DNA of 64,000 bases from Podarcis vaucheri (Eukaryota), in the NCBI GenBank assembly GCA_965113315.1, contig OZ220368.1, one strand, 5' to 3'. The notes beneath the pieces are model-generated. The model did not search any database and was not told the DNA's origin. It worked only from the letters and a program-made list of their open reading frames with translations. The position numbers and the translations under genes are program-made. Shown here piece after piece: positions 49,467 to 61,150 of this stretch (positions are counted from its first letter, which is position 1; each line of letters begins with the position of its first letter).

Positions 49467-52400
49467 CTGCCACACAAAACATTATGGGGAAGGAAATGAG
49501 AGTATGAGGCCTATGTAGCCCAAAAGCTGCTACCTAATCTAGCATTCTGTTTCTCAGAAGTCTGCAGGCAGGGCACAAGTGCAACAGATCTTTCCCAGGG
49601 AGCGGTGGTCAGCTACATGCAGCCATTGATATTATTTTTTGTTTTAAAGAATTTTTAAGTTTTGCAAAAAAAAATTGTTCATCCACAATAACACTGTCAC
49701 AATAAAAAAGATAAATATAGTTCCCCCACCCTTCTCCCATGGCTTTCCTCAACTCCCTCTTTTGGTTCATAACATATTAACTTCTCCTGCTTGTTTTGTT
49801 ATCTCTCAATAAAGCTGTCTTAAATTTAATAACCGATAATCTAACCTTGTAAGGAGTGGCCACATTTTATGGAAGCAGACTCCATTATATAAAGATAGCA
49901 GTGACGAGGTTAATTTCGGCAAAGATTTTTAAATGTGAAACATACCCTACTACATTAACAAGCAGAATTTACTGTAATAGCTGTTTAATAGATACCCTTC
50001 CTCCAGTGTCACTCCTAATTTAATTTGGGGCTTTGTGGAATTTTGGCAGGTTTAGTTAGTTCATTATTTAAGAGGAGATGGATTTTTATGCAAAGACAAT
50101 GAAACAAAAATGGAAAGTCACACTGCCAGCTTGTAGCATATTCAGCTTATTATCAGGGCCTGCTTGTTTCTGTATAATTTGAGTAATTTTTAGGGTGGTT
50201 TTTTATTTTAAAAAATCTCTTATTATATTGCAACTTAATGATCAAGACATAAGACATCCAGCACAGTCTCAATACCAGCCACATGCAATCTCTTCAGTCA
50301 ACTTCAGTGTTTCAAAACATGGGAGAGGACTATCTTGTTTTCTGAGAGACTCTGCCCATGTACTTTCTGAACTACTATTCTGTCACCAAATCAGTTGTGA
50401 GAAAAGTAGCTTTTTTAAACATGGCCCAAAGAGGCAAGTTGCCTCACAATCAAATGCACTACATCCCAATAGCAACAGCAGCCTGTATCTGTAGACATCT
50501 GGAGATCACTGTACATACCTGTTTACAAGTATGGATAGCAAAAAGCAGTGCAGCGAATCCAGTGGATGGATACCTTCCAAAGCGCTTCATCCATTTATCG
50601 TGAATATATTTTAGGAAGGCAGGGTTCAGTATTAAGACCTGAGGAGAAGAAAAACATTTGGACTGAGAAGTTCTTCTATTGTCATAGCCTCTTCTTCCTC
50701 AAATTGTCCCACCTGCCACAAGCATAGCTAATTTGAATGAGATGGTTTGTGACTCTTATGCTCAACATATTAAAAGCAAAGGTGTTGCTCTTTACTTAAA
50801 GCAAATTCTTGCTGCTTGATAAAATTAAATCTCCCAAGAAGTTCACATAAACAAATGAAACATCAGTTCATATAAAAGTACGAAATAACCTTCAATAAAT
50901 ATTTCCTTAAAACTTAAGTAAAAGCAATCGCAACAGCCCTTGCCCTTTTAAACATTAGTCGCTCCAGTCATGAGTAACCTAAGCCCAATTTGTATTAGCT
51001 TTTCATTTCTGAACTTGTGCTATAGGGCTCAGGAGTGTTGAACTAGGACCTGGGAGAAAAGGGTTCAAATCCTCACACAGTCGAGAATCTCTGTCAGAGA
51101 TCAGTCACACCATCTCTCAGCCTAACCCACCTCACAGGGGTCATGTAATGACAATGTGAGGAGCAGGGGAAACGTGTGCTACCTGGAGCTCCTTAGAGGG
51201 AGGAAAGGGTGTAAATAATACAAATACAAGTTTTCCAGTACAGCGTTTCATTAGACTCAAAGGCCTAATGCAGTGGTTTTCAACCAATGTGCTGTGGCAG
51301 CCTGGGGTGCCGTGAATGATGGTCAGGGGTGCTGTGGGCAACACTGCCCTCTGCCCCTATTTCCTTCCCTCCTTTCCTCTGATGCCTTCTCGCGTCTCTG
51401 CCTCCCAAAGGCTTGCACAGCTGTTTATTGGAGCAGCCCTGGCTATGAGCTCCTCAGGCAAATGGTGCCTCTGGGGCTGGCCAGGAGGTACTTCCCAGGC
51501 CCCTGTGGGGCAGTGTGAGGAGGCACCTCTCTCTTTGTGGGGGCAGCTCAGAGACCGGGGGGCAGCTGCAGCTGCTCAGAGGACTCCCAAGGAGAGAGAA
51601 GAGAGGAAGCTGAGAGGACACTCTACAAGGGAGGGTGTTCAAAAAGAGGTGAGGGGCTGCCAGCTATGTAGGCAAGGGGTGACATAACTGGGCCTCTGAG
51701 CCCCACGGGGTGCCACAGAAAGAATGCAGTTGGTCAAGGGAGCCATGGACCCAAAAAGATTGAAAACCTCTGGCCTAACGATTTATTTCAGAAGGTAAAA
51801 CAGAATTTTACTCTTGGATTGTTGAAATTAATGAAGCTGTTCATTTTCTGACGGAAACCTCAAGACTTCCATTGTTCTACTCCATAACCTTTTCCTCGCC
51901 CCTAAAAGCTGGCCCATTAAAATTACATTTTATGTGAGCTCTGTAGTTCTGCTTTTAAGTGCCAAGGTCTTTTTTGTGTCTTCTTTTGTTTACAGAAATT
52001 GCCAATGTGGGGCCCCCAGTCAGGATCAGGATTCTAGCATAGGGGTTGGATACCTTTAAACCCACTGCCCATCCTCACTTGAGGATGAAAAGGCCTCCGT
52101 TCAGTTTGCACTGCAGTGAAATCTTCCATTTGTTTCAATGCTATCCCTTCCACCCCCCTCCAAATTGCAGGGGAGGATATGGTTTTGGAGCATAGTTGGG
52201 GCAGGAGGCGATTAAAGCTCCTCTACCTCCATTCTAGGGTCCTGGAATAAGACTGTGGGGTCCACACTGGCAATTTTTGTAAAACAAAACAAAACACTGC
52301 AGTTGCACATATCATTCCTTAAATTCACAGAATAAACAAGCAATGACAGATCCGAATCAATGTATTGCCTGCATTCACAACTTACCTTGCTTTTGTCAGC

Positions 52401-54897
52401 TTCAATGAAGGGCTTGACTCTTTGGTATGTACTATGAAAGAAATGGAAGAATATCATTCATCATTTTATTACTTTTACCATCAAACTTTCTATTTCCCCC
52501 CCTCCAGTGTTCAATATACATAAAACCCATTCCTGGAGAGTCACACAACTCCCTGAATAATGATTAACCAGGTGCGCTTCTGTTATTACAAGCATATTTC
52601 CATACATTTGCAGCACTGACCTAAGCCCACAGTGGACAAATTTGTAGTCTCAATGAAGCTTTTAAGGGTCACTTCAAGATTTCCCTACTGACTGAATGTA
52701 AAGGCACAAAGAAACCAACTCTGCTCTTAGCAAAGGATGTTTATCATGAGGAATGAAATCCACATCATGCACTGTTTGCAATGGATCCAAACTACAAGAA
52801 AGAAGATTCCACCTAAACATTAGGAAGAACTTCCTGACAGTAAGAGCTGTTCGACAGTGGAATTTGCTGCCAAGGAGTGTGGTGGAGTCTCCTACTTTGG
52901 AGGTCTTTAAGCAGAGGCTTGACAACCATATGTCAGGAGTGCTCTGATGGTGTTTCCTGCTTGGCAGGGGGTTGGACTCGATGGCCCTTGTGGTCTCTTC
53001 CAACTCTATGATTCTATGAGAAGTACGTCATTTTGTCTGTCCTGAAACTCCCACCATTTAGCTTCATTGGATGACCCCAGATTCTAATACCATGGGAGAG
53101 GAAGAAATAAAGCTCTCTCTCTCTACTTCATCCACATTTTATCTATGATGTCTCCCTTATAAACCCCTTCTAAACTAAAAAACAGCAACCCCACAAACAT
53201 CGTAACATTTACTCACAGAGGACATGCTCCAGCCCCTTGACATCCTGATTTTTCTGCACCTTTTCCAGCTCTATGCTGTCTTTTTAAGGGGTTCAAGCAG
53301 ACCTGTACAGAATATCCTCTCACAGTGCAGAAGTTGTGCCCAAAGGAACCTGCCCCATAAATGAATGCTTAAGGTTTTGTTCCTGCTGTAGTACTTGCCT
53401 AGCTTTTTGTACTCCAGTTAGACAAAGTGCTCACCGCTTAATTTCTCCTGAGGAAAAAGCACTAGCTAGCCATTTGAGATCCAGAGGTTTGAAGGGGACG
53501 AGCACAAGATGGACGCCAGCATGCAGGTTCACAGCACTCTCTGGGTACATGAAATGGTGCGTGGTTCTTGCACCAACATCTTCCTCAAAGCCTGCAGTTT
53601 GTGCTGTGTTCATCCTCAAAGGACATAAGAAACATGATCAGATGCTTCACAAAATATCCAGTCCAGAAACATGGGGACAGTCAAAGTCTGAATCTGACAC
53701 TTGATGGGCTGAGGCCTAGGGACATCAATCAGATGCCATTCTTCAGGATTGTAGATTAGCAGATTTTATTTTCAAAAATAGATAATATTTCAGGATTTTC
53801 AAATCTGGAGTTGGGATTGTTATTCCCAGCAACAATTCCCATACATTACAGCATACGCAACTTTTGTCACACACATCCCAACTTCTCTAGCTGCTTCTGC
53901 CTTTGCATCTCCCCACCATTTCAGAATTTAGACTGTAATCCCCATTCTGGCACAAGGAACTGTTCTTCTTTGCTTATGCTAATGCCTTATGCCAGGGGTA
54001 GGCAACCTAAGGCCCAGGGGCCGGATGCAACCCAATCACCTTCTCAGTCCGGCCCACAGATGGTCCAGGAATCAGCGTGTTTTTACATTAGTAGAATGTG
54101 TCCTTTTATTTAAAATGCATCTCTGGGTTATTTGTGGGGTATAGGAATTCGTTCATTTTTTTCTTCAAAATAAAGTCCAGCCCACCACATGGTCTGAGGG
54201 ACGGTGGACCAGCTGACCCCTGCCTTATGCACTCGAAGGGTCTAAATGATGCTGATGATTAGAATAGCAGCAACCATAGTAATCCTTTTGAATTACAATT
54301 ACTGCTTAACAATATTTTGTTGGGTAATAATCCTATTAACCCTATTGGAAGGTGATGGCTTCATTATTTTTTTAAAAAATACAAACTGAGAAGCATTAAT
54401 TAGTTAATGATAACTGGTCCCTTCCAACTATGATTCTGTGGCTGAGCCTTCAGTGTTAACCATCAGAGAGAGAGATTTAAAGTATCAAGAGATCATATCC
54501 CCAACAATTATCTCTCATCAGCCCATCATTCTGACCTATTAACAAATAATCTCCCTAACAAAGGAATGGTTTCTCATCAGCTATAATACTACATTATAGC
54601 AGCCACACAAAAATACTTTCCAGCATTATTCACACTAATTTTATGAAGCCCAAGGTAGGGCGTATATACTTTACTCCACTTACCTCAGCACAAAGTGGTG
54701 AGAGTCAATCTTTTTTCCATATTTAGAGCCCTTCAGCCTCCCTGAATTGCCCACCACAGCACATGTTCCACACTGGCCAAAATCCTGGGCTGTAACAGGA
54801 GGGGAGTGAAGGATGTCAAACAAGTGCTTTATTATCTTCTGGAGTTGGCTTCCATCCTGATATCCTTGCAGCCTCTAATGAAACAAAGTATTGTTGC

Positions 54898-54957
<60 letters not shown>

Positions 54958-57247
54958 AATTCCCCCCCAATAATTCCCCCCCAGGGACGCGGGTGGTGCT
55001 TTGGGTTAAACCACAGAGCCTAGGGCTTGCTGATCAGAAGATTGGTGGTTCGAATCCCTGCGACGGGGTGAGCTCCCGTCTTTCGGTCCCAGCTCCTGCC
55101 AACCTAGCAGTTCGAAAGCACATTAAAGTGCAAGTAGATAAATAGATACTGCTCCGACGGGAAGATAAATGGTGTTTCCGTGTGCTGTTCTGGTTCTCCA
55201 GAAGCGGCTTAGTTGTGCTGGCTACATGACCCAGAAGCTGTATGCCGGCTCCCTCGGCCAATAAAGCAAGATGAGCACCGCAACCCCAGAGTCGGCCACG
55301 ACTGGACCAAATGGTCAGGGGTTCCTTTACCTTTTATGTTGTTATGACCACCCTGGGCTCCTTGAAGAGGATGAGATATAATTATTTTTATTATTAATAA
55401 ATACTAACAGAGGACATTAAGGAAGGGGGTGCAGAACCTGCTTTCCAATAGCATATTTTTTATATCTAATAAATGGAACTGCCTGCTTAAACAGATCACA
55501 AAAGAGAAATATTTGATGGTACAATTGACTGACTGCAAACTATTCTGAATAGAGATACAGAACAAAGGCAAATATCTCTAGCGAGAATGCCTCATGCAAA
55601 GGTGGCTCCTGTGCTGTCAATCAGGAAAGCATTGTTCATGTGCTGTTACTGCTGCTTTTTTATCTCAGAAATGGAAGATGTTTCTGCTGGGTGGCTTCTC
55701 CCTGCCATGCAACTATGAAAGCACAGGATCTCACTTTGGGTAAAGCAGGTGGCCTCTGTACATCTCCCACCCAGTGGCTTTCCTGGTGCTGCAGCCAGGA
55801 CTCTTTCCTCCTTATTGAGAGACTCCTGGGTATATGTACAAGAGAGAGTTAATGGAGCTGGAAGGACTGCTTAAGATTGGTCAAACCAGCTGGCCAGATC
55901 GTCCTTTTGTTAGGGAAATTATGACCATGGGCTAAATGATGAGTAATGGTTGCTTTAATAAATAGTTATAAAGCAATAAATAGTGACTATATTTATTGAA
56001 TTTATATCCGTGTCTTCCTCCCAGAGTTGCTCAGGGAGACAGTTTGCTCGGCTAAATATTAGCAAATATCATAGCAGTGTAAAACACTGCAATAAATAAA
56101 AATGGTTTCCCAGAAAAACTGACCCGTGAGTCAACTTATCCTTCTAAGGTAAAGGGAAAAGGGAAAGGACCCCTTGGACGGTTAAGTCCAGTCAAAGGCA
56201 ACTGTGGGGTTGTGGTGCTCATCTCACTTTCAGGCCAAGGGAGCTGGTGTTTGTCCACAGACAGCTTTCCAGGTCATGTGGCGTGCATGACTAAACCGCT
56301 TTTGTCACAACAGAACACCATGACGGAAACCAGAGTGCACGGAAACGCCATCTAAGAAAGCCTGTAGTAATAGGAGAGACTTTGGTATCTGATGGTTGGA
56401 CTTCATTAATATTTTTTAATGTGATGCCCTGTGTGGGGCCAAAATTGGGCACCCCCAAATGGATCATCTCAGTTATGGATCTTCTCAATTTTGCGCCCCC
56501 TCAGCATAATGCCCTGTGGGGGGAAACTGCCTACACCACCCAAAAACCAGTGCTGATCTGATGAAATGTAGATAATGTCAGAGCCTGTTGAATTTCAATG
56601 GGCTGGACCTCCAGCACAGACAGGTGAAGGCTAGTGGCCTGAACAAATGCAGAGCAGGTAAAACATTTGCCAACTCTTCCTGCTCTGCATTTGGTGCTGC
56701 TATTCCTGTATGAGAGGGGAACTGCAGGACCATTTCTGGAGAAGGGACCCACCTCAAAGTAATTTACAGCAGCTGGCCTTGATGTTGGACCTCCTGGTGA
56801 AGTTGGGAGTTAAAAACAAAACAAACACCAAACAAAAAAAAGGCATGCAGTGCACTGCTGGAACTTCTGAGCACTCAAAGAAGTAAGGAGATGCTCTGTG
56901 TTTCATTTCGCTCAATGGACACAGCAGAGAGGAGCCTTTCTGCGTGTTTGTCATTAATTTGGTGCAACACTCACCAGCCACCACCGCAGAACCTCCGAGG
57001 GGACCTCTGGATTTCTAAGAGTCAGCAGGCAGTTTACTGAGGCATCAAAGTGATCACAAAACCAGTCCAACTTGCTATGCTCTGTGCACCTGTTCTGGCT
57101 GCACATCTTTCCCTCCCAGGGAGACTCCATCAGCAGCCATTCTCCAGAGGACGGCGAAGGGTCCATATACACAGCCTTGTAAACCTTCCAAAGGAAAAAC
57201 GCAAGGCAGAGGGCCAGGATGCACCACAGCTTTTTCCTGAACTGCAT
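49299..57247 (-). CDS. Beta-galactoside alpha-2,3-sialyltransferase of the ST3Gal I/II clade (GT29), 6 coding exons, 325 aa, intact; probably ST3GAL8
   Basis: Type II TM N-terminus; sialylmotif L ([29 protein letters not shown]), S (PSTG...C..V..FGF), III (HYWE), VS (HNATFE); exon sizes 273/191/180/46/120/168. Confidence 0.93.
50519..50638 (-). CDS. ST3Gal coding exon 5 (sialylmotif S)
   Basis: [40 protein letters not shown]. Confidence 0.93.
51025..51225 (+). mobile_element. SINE with L2-type tail (Squam3-like)
   Basis: GGTTCAAATCC B-box, ctcagcctaacccacctcacaggg core, ctggagctcctt...aaataata tail. Confidence 0.65.
51271..51772. mobile_element. Non-autonomous hAT element
   Basis: TIRs CAGTGGTTTTCAACC / GATTGAAAACCTCTG; TSD GCCTAATG/GCCTAACG. 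Confidence 0.85.
52386..52431 (-). CDS. ST3Gal coding exon 4 (46 nt)
   Basis: [15 protein letters not shown]|GTAAGT. Confidence 0.92.
52778..53018 (+). mobile_element. CR1 LINE 3' fragment
   Basis: Encodes [19 protein letters not shown]...[12 protein letters not shown]; (TTCTATGA)n tail. Confidence 0.9.
53435..53614 (-). CDS. ST3Gal coding exon 3
   Basis: [27 protein letters not shown]...[10 protein letters not shown]; GAG acceptor. Confidence 0.92.
53993..54222. mobile_element. hAT MITE
   Basis: CAGGGGTAGGCAACC...GCTGACCCCTG; perfect TSD CCTTATGC. Confidence 0.85.
54684..54874 (-). CDS. ST3Gal coding exon 2 (sialylmotif L start)
   Basis: RLQGYQ...[30 protein letters not shown]|GTAAGT. 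Confidence 0.93.
54891..54957. repeat. (GTT)n microsatellite, about 22 units
   Basis: Read directly from sequence. Confidence 0.97.
54984..55334 (+). mobile_element. Full-length Sauria SINE
   Basis: GGGACGCGGGTGG head, GGTTCGAATCC B-box, Sauria core, ACCTTT tail. Confidence 0.93.
56146..56352 (-). mobile_element. 5'-truncated Sauria SINE, older subfamily
   Basis: aaggtaaagg...ggacccc...catgactaaaccgctt...cacggaaacgcc is the reverse complement of the Sauria 3' half. Confidence 0.8.
56975..57247 (-). CDS. ST3Gal coding exon 1 (cytosolic tail, TM, stem)
   Basis: [20 protein letters not shown]...LRWWL|GTGAGT. Confidence 0.88.
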
Positions 57248-57847
57248 CCTTCACTCAATCAGCTGGATCTCATAGTTAAAAAACCTTCTATGAGGCAAAA
57301 GCATTGTGCAGTGTGGTTTAACTTTATTGCCTATGTCAGACTTTTTGCTCTGCAAGTTTCCTGTTCACATATGATGGGCAGGTCGCTTCTTGAGTAGATA
57401 CTGCTCCACACAGATGCACAGCCCAGCAGCTAAAAACTCAGAAAAATCAAGGTCCGACTCATTCTCCATTTATTCAGCCAGCCAGTGTTCTGTGGGTGTG
57501 AACCAGTTAAAGCCTCACATCAATCGAATGCTGAAACACACAGGAAAAAGTGTGATATGACGTTAGTATGGACTACAAATGGCAGAGGGAAATGCTTGTG
57601 GCAAGATAAAGTTATTATTTTCAGACATCGTTCTGTACATTAATAAGTTTAATGGTGTAATATTTTCCTAAATGTCCATGCTGTTGGTCCCAAGCTTTCC
57701 TCCATTTATGCTGCATGCAATTCAGTAGCAGTTTACCAGATGGGGCAGAACTGCAACACTACCTTCCCAGCAGTAGCATTGCTGCCATTTACTGAAAGGA
57801 CTGAGTTGGTGAACAGGTCAAAGGTGCTCTACAGGACTCTACAGGCT

Positions 57848-57992
57848 TCAGAATCACAGAGTTGTAGAGTTGGAAGGGACCACAAGGGTCATCTAGTCCA
57901 ACCACCTGCAATGCAGGAATTTTTCAGCCAACGTGGGGCTCAAACCTACAACCCTGAGATTAAGACTCTCATGCTCTACTGCCTGAGCTATC
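57848..57992 (-). mobile_element. tRNA-headed SINE with CR1-type tail
   Basis: Minus strand reads gatagctcagg...agagcatgaga...ttaatctcagggttg, then CR1-like tail. Confidence 0.7.
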
Positions 57993-60871
57993 CCTCAACT
58001 CCCAAAATCACTGGTGCATCTGCACAGCCCCAACCTCCCTCACGCCTCCCCATCTATGTTCTGGTAAGCAGCAGCAAGACCATGGCCAGGAAACTAGAAT
58101 TGTGGCTCTGGGTGAGCCACTTCAAGTGTGATTCTATACCCAACTGTAAAGCACTGTCTGCAACCCATCCAGTTTCTATTTCTGGTCATATCCAAGATTT
58201 GTGTTAGTAATCAAGTTAGCATCTCATTAAACACACCCTGACATTTCCATAATTTGCTTCATACATTCTGTATTGTCCCTCATCCCAGACAGTTAAAAAG
58301 ACAGCTTGTTCACCCATTCCCATCAATACTTGTGTTTTCCTTTCCCTCTTATTGCAGGGTTTGTAGATTTTTATGATATTATACGGTCCTAGTTATTTTT
58401 AGATGGAGATTCCTCTCCTCTAGCACTCCAGTAAGCATATACACTGGTGTATCCACACTAAAAACCGAGATGACTCAAAATAACCTATTCCAAAGCAATA
58501 AAGCAAAGGACTTGTAAAGAGCAGAGCATGTCATTTTGTGTTGGGGGGTTTTGGTTTCAAAACTAGACTCATCAAAAACTTGCTTTTTTGCTTTAGAAAC
58601 TGCCACGTGTAAGTGGGTCAAATATTAGCAGAAAGCACAAGGGTCTATTTTGTGCTGGAAGTCGTTCAAAGGAGGGTCAAAGGTTTTTCCTTAAAGGAAG
58701 GTCAAAGGTTAATCCTTGTTCTTAACCAAGACTCTCCCCTTGTGCCTAGTTAAAAGGGTGGAAGGGGGAGTGAAAATATGGTCTACAGGTCCAGCTAAAG
58801 AATATGAGAGTTCAACAAAAGGCTGTGGAGTCAGAAATGTAAAAAGCTGCAAGAGGGAAAAAGTGATTAAACCATTTCAGAGACCTGAAGCAATGGGAAG
58901 TGTTAGGAACCACAGCAAAGGAGCCCAGAGAAAACTACAAAGGGATGCAGAAGCTGAACTGAGGATGCAAATTTTAAGTATTGGTTTGGTCAGAGAAGCA
59001 GACTGGTTTGTTTGTTTTTTGTTTGTTTGTTTTTAAAGTATTATTTCAATAAAGTAAAGATTTAAAAAAACAAAATAGATAAATCAACTACTCTTATGGG
59101 CAACTGCTAAAAATGTAAACCATTTTCTCAAAAATGTGTTGCCTTGCTAAACCTGTAAGTAAATACACCATGTGTTTTGGGAAAGTTTGGTGCGAGGTCT
59201 TGTTATCCACTCCACACACAACTGCCATCACACACTACCCAGTATTGAGAGTAGGATGGGTCAGCTGCAGTCCAGGTGGTTAAATAGCTGTTTAGTGGGT
59301 AATGGGGGGGGGAAACGTTAGGGGAAATTGGGTGGGTGGGGAGATATTTTCACCTGGTGGCAACAGTGAAATTAGCAAGGAGGAGAGGTTGGTTTGCTTA
59401 CAGGCTACAGCCTGTACTGTCAAAGGAGAAATCAAACTAAACTGGAAGAACATGAAAATAGAATGCTTTGGGTATGTTTGCACAAGCCTGGATTTTAACA
59501 GAAAGCCTTAGTAATGTGAAATGTTCTCATTTCAGGAAAGACTTCTAAATATTAAAATAGTGATGCAGAAAGGTTATCTAGAAATGTACCTTTAAAATGC
59601 TCTGAGTAATATATGTGCTGTTATCAAGAAGATGGAAAGCTAACAAAAGTCCCTGCAAGGCAAATACACACTGGTGCCACTAGATCATTTTGGACTCTGG
59701 ACCTAATGGTTTTGGGAGGAGGGTTTCGGTGGTAAAGTTACTGCAAATGAGAAACACAAAATGCACCCATCACCTCCAAAGGTACACAATGCACTGTGCC
59801 ACCTACACAGGGTTGTATGCAATGTTAGTCCTACTCAGATGCATTAAAAATAATGGTCATGGCTAACATTGATTTCAGTAGGTCTGCTCTTGAGTATAAC
59901 TTAATTGGACACGATTCACATGGTATAAACTGATCCTGTGCAAAATAAATCTCACTATGCTCAGTAGGGATTATTCCAGAGTAAAAGTTTGTGTCAGGTT
60001 ACAACAATTAAATCACAGCCTCATCACACAAAGTGAAATGCTGAGCTGGGACACCAGAAAGAAACAAAACACACAATGCCAGGAAGAGGGGCATTTATCT
60101 TATCCACCCCTTTAACTCTATACTTTGCAACTACTGATATGTTGTTAGAGCGAAAGAAAGAAGACAACTCTGAAGAATGAAAAAGAGAGATAATGTGCAG
60201 AGCTTCACATTTTAAAATGGGACCCGTGTTTGTTGCTCTGATGTTAAGGATGCTAAAGTATAAAATGTTATAAATGAACCAGGAAGACTTATGTACGGTA
60301 ACTGGTTACAAATCAAGTGCATAAGTTTCCCTGGGTCAATAGTCAAGAACGTTGTTGGATCTGAAATTAAATTATGCAGGACTGAAGGAAACACACTCTG
60401 TACATGTTTTGGGACTTTCATCTAATGACTTCACAATCCTAGGCACATTGCTTAGGAACGAGTCCTATGAAACTCAGCAATATATTCTTCTGAATAAAAG
60501 GTGCCTAGGATCTGGTTGTAACTGAAGGGGGGACGGGTGTGTGGAAGGAATTAAAAACACAAATTACAGCTGCAAACACACTACACCTTTAATGCACATT
60601 TGAAGCACGTTTCCTACTCAAAGAATTCTGGGCACTTTAGTTTATCCATCATCACAAACAATTCCCAGCCCCTCTGAACAAACTACTGTGCCCAAAATTA
60701 TTTGAGGGGAGGAAATGTACTCCGAATGTGTTTTAAAGATATGCTAACCGGATGGCAGGAAGTGAATGAAGTCCAGTTTGTGAGCAATGAACAAGCAAAG
60801 AAGAGAGAGGAAGAAGGCAAGGGGGGATATTAACAAAAATGAAATAAAGACAAAACCCTCTGCACACTTAC

Positions 60872-61150
60872 CCGGGAAGAGCAAGCCCCACTGAACGCAC
60901 TGGGATTTACTTGTGAGAGTCAACACGCACAGGCACCGGCGGCTGCCCCAAACGGAAGTTTTGTTGCAAATTCAGCTGAGATAGTGGAGTCCCTCTATCG
61001 AGGGAGAAGCACTGGTTCCAGCAACGAGGGAATTGTTTCCCATTTCCTGCTAGTTTATCGCTGCAGCGTGGAAAGTTGCTGCAAGCACAACTATGACTCA
61101 CTTGGAAAAGGAGGTTGCTGCGCTTGGCACCACTGCAAATAACAGCTTCC
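60872..61150 (-). other. Candidate non-coding first exon / promoter of the ST3Gal gene
   Basis: Strong minus-strand donor CGG|GTAAGTG at 60872/60871 with mild local CpG enrichment; upper boundary is a guess. Confidence 0.3.
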
